Positions 55,965 to 58,469 of a stretch of DNA of 58,469 bases are shown piece after piece (the stretch's first letter is position 1; each line of letters starts with the position of its first letter). Below the pieces are notes generated by a model. It saw only the letters and a program-made list of their open reading frames with translations, searched no databases and was not told the origin of the DNA. Origin of the DNA: Clostridia bacterium (GTDB taxonomy: Bacteria > Bacillota > Sulfobacillia > SLMV01); assembly GCA_003551215.1 (NCBI GenBank), contig PUMD01000031.1:1-58469 (forward strand). Direction: 5' to 3'. A program made the translations under genes and the position numbers.

Positions 55965-57683
55965 GTGAGTGTTCCTGATATCCAAGGACTGGATGACGGG
56001 TGGATATCGGAGGGGTTGCTGAAAAGACGCAGCAATTATTCACCAGTTATCCTTTTCGAGACTACCGACCCCAAGCGACTGGAGCAACTTAAGAGGTTTG
56101 TCCTCACCCGGGAATCGTGCAAGGACTACTCCAGGGTTATGGTCTATGACCAGTGGCGCGGCCTGTTTAAGCTGGAGGAGGAGGGTGGACAGCTGGTCAG
56201 TACAGACTATCAGCGCCAGCAACCAGATACTGCTTTGGGTCGACGGGTGGTAGGTGGAGGTGACGGTTCCACGAGCCGCCAACAGCTGGCGCATGTGAAA
56301 TCGGTCCTCAAGGAAGTTGATGGAAAACTGAAAGAAGAAAAAACCTTGTTTATCATACAGAACCTGTCGGAAAACCGGGAGTGGGAAACGGGACTGCAGG
56401 CTGCCTTACGCTCATGGGCCACAGACAGTGAACTTATAACCAAGGGTTCTACGATTTTTCTGCAGACCGCAGATGTGGATTCACTTCTGGACGAGTTCAC
56501 CAAGGAACTTGTGGTGGTTCTGGACGTCGACCCTTCCTCAGAAGCTGAACGAAGATACATCATAGAAACAATAGCCCGGGAGCTCGATATCGAGCTTTAT
56601 CATCAGAAGCTGGCTGAGCTTGTCCTGGCCACAGCTGGTTTGAACTTGCATCAACTGGAGAGCATCATCCTGGAGTCCTATTTTTCCGAACATCAGTTCA
56701 ATGTGGGTAAAGTCAAAGATCTGAAATCTGAGCTGGTCAAGAAATCAGGAACCCTGGAAATAAGGGAACCGCAGTACAGCTTCCTCGATGTGGGTGGTTA
56801 TCAGGTTATTAAGGACTTTGTTCGCAAGTATATCATAAACGTCCTGGAGAATACGGAAAGAGCAGATCATTTTTCTCTTCCCCTGCCTAAAGGTATATTG
56901 TTCTTTGGGCCTCCGGGAACGGGCAAGAGTCTTTTCGCCAATGCCCTTGCCAGCGAAATTCAGCTGCCGTTTATCCGGCTGCTCACGGAGAACATTTACT
57001 CAAAATGGTTCGGTGAATCGGGGCAACGCATGAAGAACGCTATTCAGATGGCGGAGAAGATGTCTCCGGCTATCGTGTTCATAGATGAGATAGACCGATT
57101 CGGCAAGCGTTCATCCGGTTATGGGGACTCGGCCAGCGCAGAGAGTAAAAGAGTCTTCTCCCAATTTCTCGAGTGGCTTGGTGAGCCAGACAGGCAGGCC
57201 ATAGTGGTGGGGACGACGAATGTAACCGAGCAGCTGGATGAGGCTTTCTTGCGGACAGGCAGGTTTGATTACAAGATTCCATTTCTGTATCCCGGTGATG
57301 AGGCCCGTATAGAGGTTCTGGCGGTCCATTTGGGCTTGATGGATGGAAGCACTAAGAAGAAGGCTCCGGTGGCTCTGGATGATGAAGAGGTAGTCGAATT
57401 TCTCCGCGAGGAGATAGTTCCCAGGACTCAGCATTTTTCCTGCGCAGAGCTTGAAGAGCTGGTCCTGCGGGCAAAGCGGATTTCCTTTGATAGAGATACC
57501 TCTGCGCTGGAACCGAAGGATTTCATAGAAGCTGCCAGGACCTTTCGGATAGATCAGCGCCAGAGAAAGCGGACAATTCGCGACATGATGTCTCAGGCTC
57601 AGAGTTTCACCGATGATCAGCAGTTTCTCGATACGCTGGAAGAAGAGATGGAGGTTTCTGTGGAAATAGTGTCTGATGATTAG
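55965..57683 (+). CDS. AAA family ATPase (Ycf46-like layout: degenerate N-terminal module plus active AAA)
   Basis: DVGG, Walker A GPPGTGKS, pore loop SKWFGES, Walker B FIDEID, SRH TTN..LDEAFLRTGRFD and FSCAELE; the N-terminal ~250 aa has no intact Walker A. Confidence 0.92.
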   Translation: MSVPDIQGLDDGWISEGLLKRRSNYSPVILFETTDPKRLEQLKRFVLTRESCKDYSRVMVYDQWRGLFKLEEEGGQLVSTDYQRQQPDTALGRRVVGGGDGSTSRQQLAHVKSVLKEVDGKLKEEKTLFIIQNLSENREWETGLQAALRSWATDSELITKGSTIFLQTADVDSLLDEFTKELVVVLDVDPSSEAERRYIIETIARELDIELYHQKLAELVLATAGLNLHQLESIILESYFSEHQFNVGKVKDLKSELVKKSGTLEIREPQYSFLDVGGYQVIKDFVRKYIINVLENTERADHFSLPLPKGILFFGPPGTGKSLFANALASEIQLPFIRLLTENIYSKWFGESGQRMKNAIQMAEKMSPAIVFIDEIDRFGKRSSGYGDSASAESKRVFSQFLEWLGEPDRQAIVVGTTNVTEQLDEAFLRTGRFDYKIPFLYPGDEARIEVLAVHLGLMDGSTKKKAPVALDDEEVVEFLREEIVPRTQHFSCAELEELVLRAKRISFDRDTSALEPKDFIEAARTFRIDQRQRKRTIRDMMSQAQSFTDDQQFLDTLEEEMEVSVEIVSDD

Positions 57684-57721
57684 GGTAAAGGTCCAGCCAG
57701 TCTGGCGGCTGGACCTTTACC
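57684..57721 (+). terminator. Strong hairpin ending the AAA operon
   Basis: Perfect 15-bp inverted repeat GGTAAAGGTCCAGCC / GGCTGGACCTTTACC immediately after the stop codon. Confidence 0.7.
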
Positions 57722-58400
57722 TCGCAGCGGTGAATAGGTCTCATCCCAGCAATGTCCAGGTCAGGGTTTGAGGGGATACTCCAAACTCGCTTCAAACTTC
57801 AACGAGCTGCCTTCCTTGCCAGCCATGCTCATATTGACATTGATCTGGGAGGTATCTCTGGTCGCCAGTTTATCGCTGCTTTGCTCGAGGATCTCGCATA
57901 TGCCATCTCCCTGGCAGTTTCCAGGAACACTCATTTGCTGGCCTTTTCTTATGCATTCACCGTCTTCGGTGAGATTACACTTGGAAAGTAGTAGACTTCT
58001 CCACTGCTACCATCCTCTCTGACCGGCTCTGGCGCCGGGGAAAACGAGCAAGATTTTGACGGCAAATCCATCTCAACTTCGTCGGTCCCGGGGGTCTACG
58101 GGCCCTTGAGTTTGCTGCCGACGCAATACTGAGTCTCTAAAACGGTGACCAGCCTGCCGCAGCAGACGACAAACGCCTATGCCTGCCCATCTGGCAGGAG
58201 TGAGTCTTCCCATCGACTGCCCGATACTTGCCGGTTAACCGATCTTCACCCCCCTATAAAAGCTGAATAGCCGCATAACAAGGGGCCAGATGGCCTTTTT
58301 TGTGATAATACCTTGTCTAATGACATATATCCTATATCCCCTTGTAATGCTATCATATTGAGGATATAATTGTCTCAGTACCCGGATTGGAGTGATACTC

Positions 58401-58469
58401 GTGTTCGTCAAAAAGTCCTGGAGCGAATACAACGGCAAAAAGTACGTCTCCCATCACATCGCCCGCGGC
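58401..58469 (+). mobile_element. N-terminus of a CDS running off the window, possibly an IS1634-family transposase
   Basis: GGAG RBS, GTG start, translation MFVKKSWSEYNGKKYVSHHIARG, which resembles the MF(I/V)K...GK.Y.. start of IS1634 transposases; preceded by an AT-rich stretch with TATAAT. Only 23 codons are visible. Confidence 0.4.

Noticed and set aside
57725-58240. Open minus-strand stretch (...NLTEDGECIRKG...LEYPLKP*) and the plus-strand ORFs 57752-57991 and 57768-58022
   Set aside because: No supported start or recognisable domain; it may be a remnant but cannot be called.
1-58469. CRISPR array, rRNA, prophage or integrase
   Set aside because: No regularly spaced direct repeats, rRNA-like sequence, phage structural genes or recombinase motifs were seen.

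Overview
A GC-rich chromosomal segment, most likely from a spore-forming, probably anaerobic Bacillota (Firmicutes) member; the taxonomy is inferred from ytrH/ytrI, SLH domains, NfnAB and OLE RNA. Most of it is core genome: MoxR/DUF58, an aspartate aminotransferase, murD, nth, a SigB/F/G-type sigma factor, ytrHI, dnaE, fxsA, an L,D-transpeptidase, an ECF sigma/anti-sigma pair, polA-mutM-coaE-slt, the yqhY-nusB-folD-xseAB-ispA-dxs-nadK-recN operon, three dispersed tRNA-Leu genes, lgt, rlmD and queG. Several elements are missing from the ORF track: a ~570-nt OLE RNA upstream of oapA (33280-34562 together), a 45-aa membrane peptide whose RBS is buried in a branched RNA leader (50664-50887), an SDR pseudogene and a possible transposase start at the right edge. 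The best candidates for an undescribed system are (i) a five-gene operon at 54163-57683 encoding a membrane coiled-coil protein, a DUF1257-like protein, two DUF2997-like small proteins and a two-domain AAA ATPase, and (ii) a GlmL/MutL-like ASKHA ATPase paired with a repeat barrel-sandwich/KOW protein at 4944-8088 with no B12 mutase nearby. All family calls come from motif recognition by eye; no database search was run.
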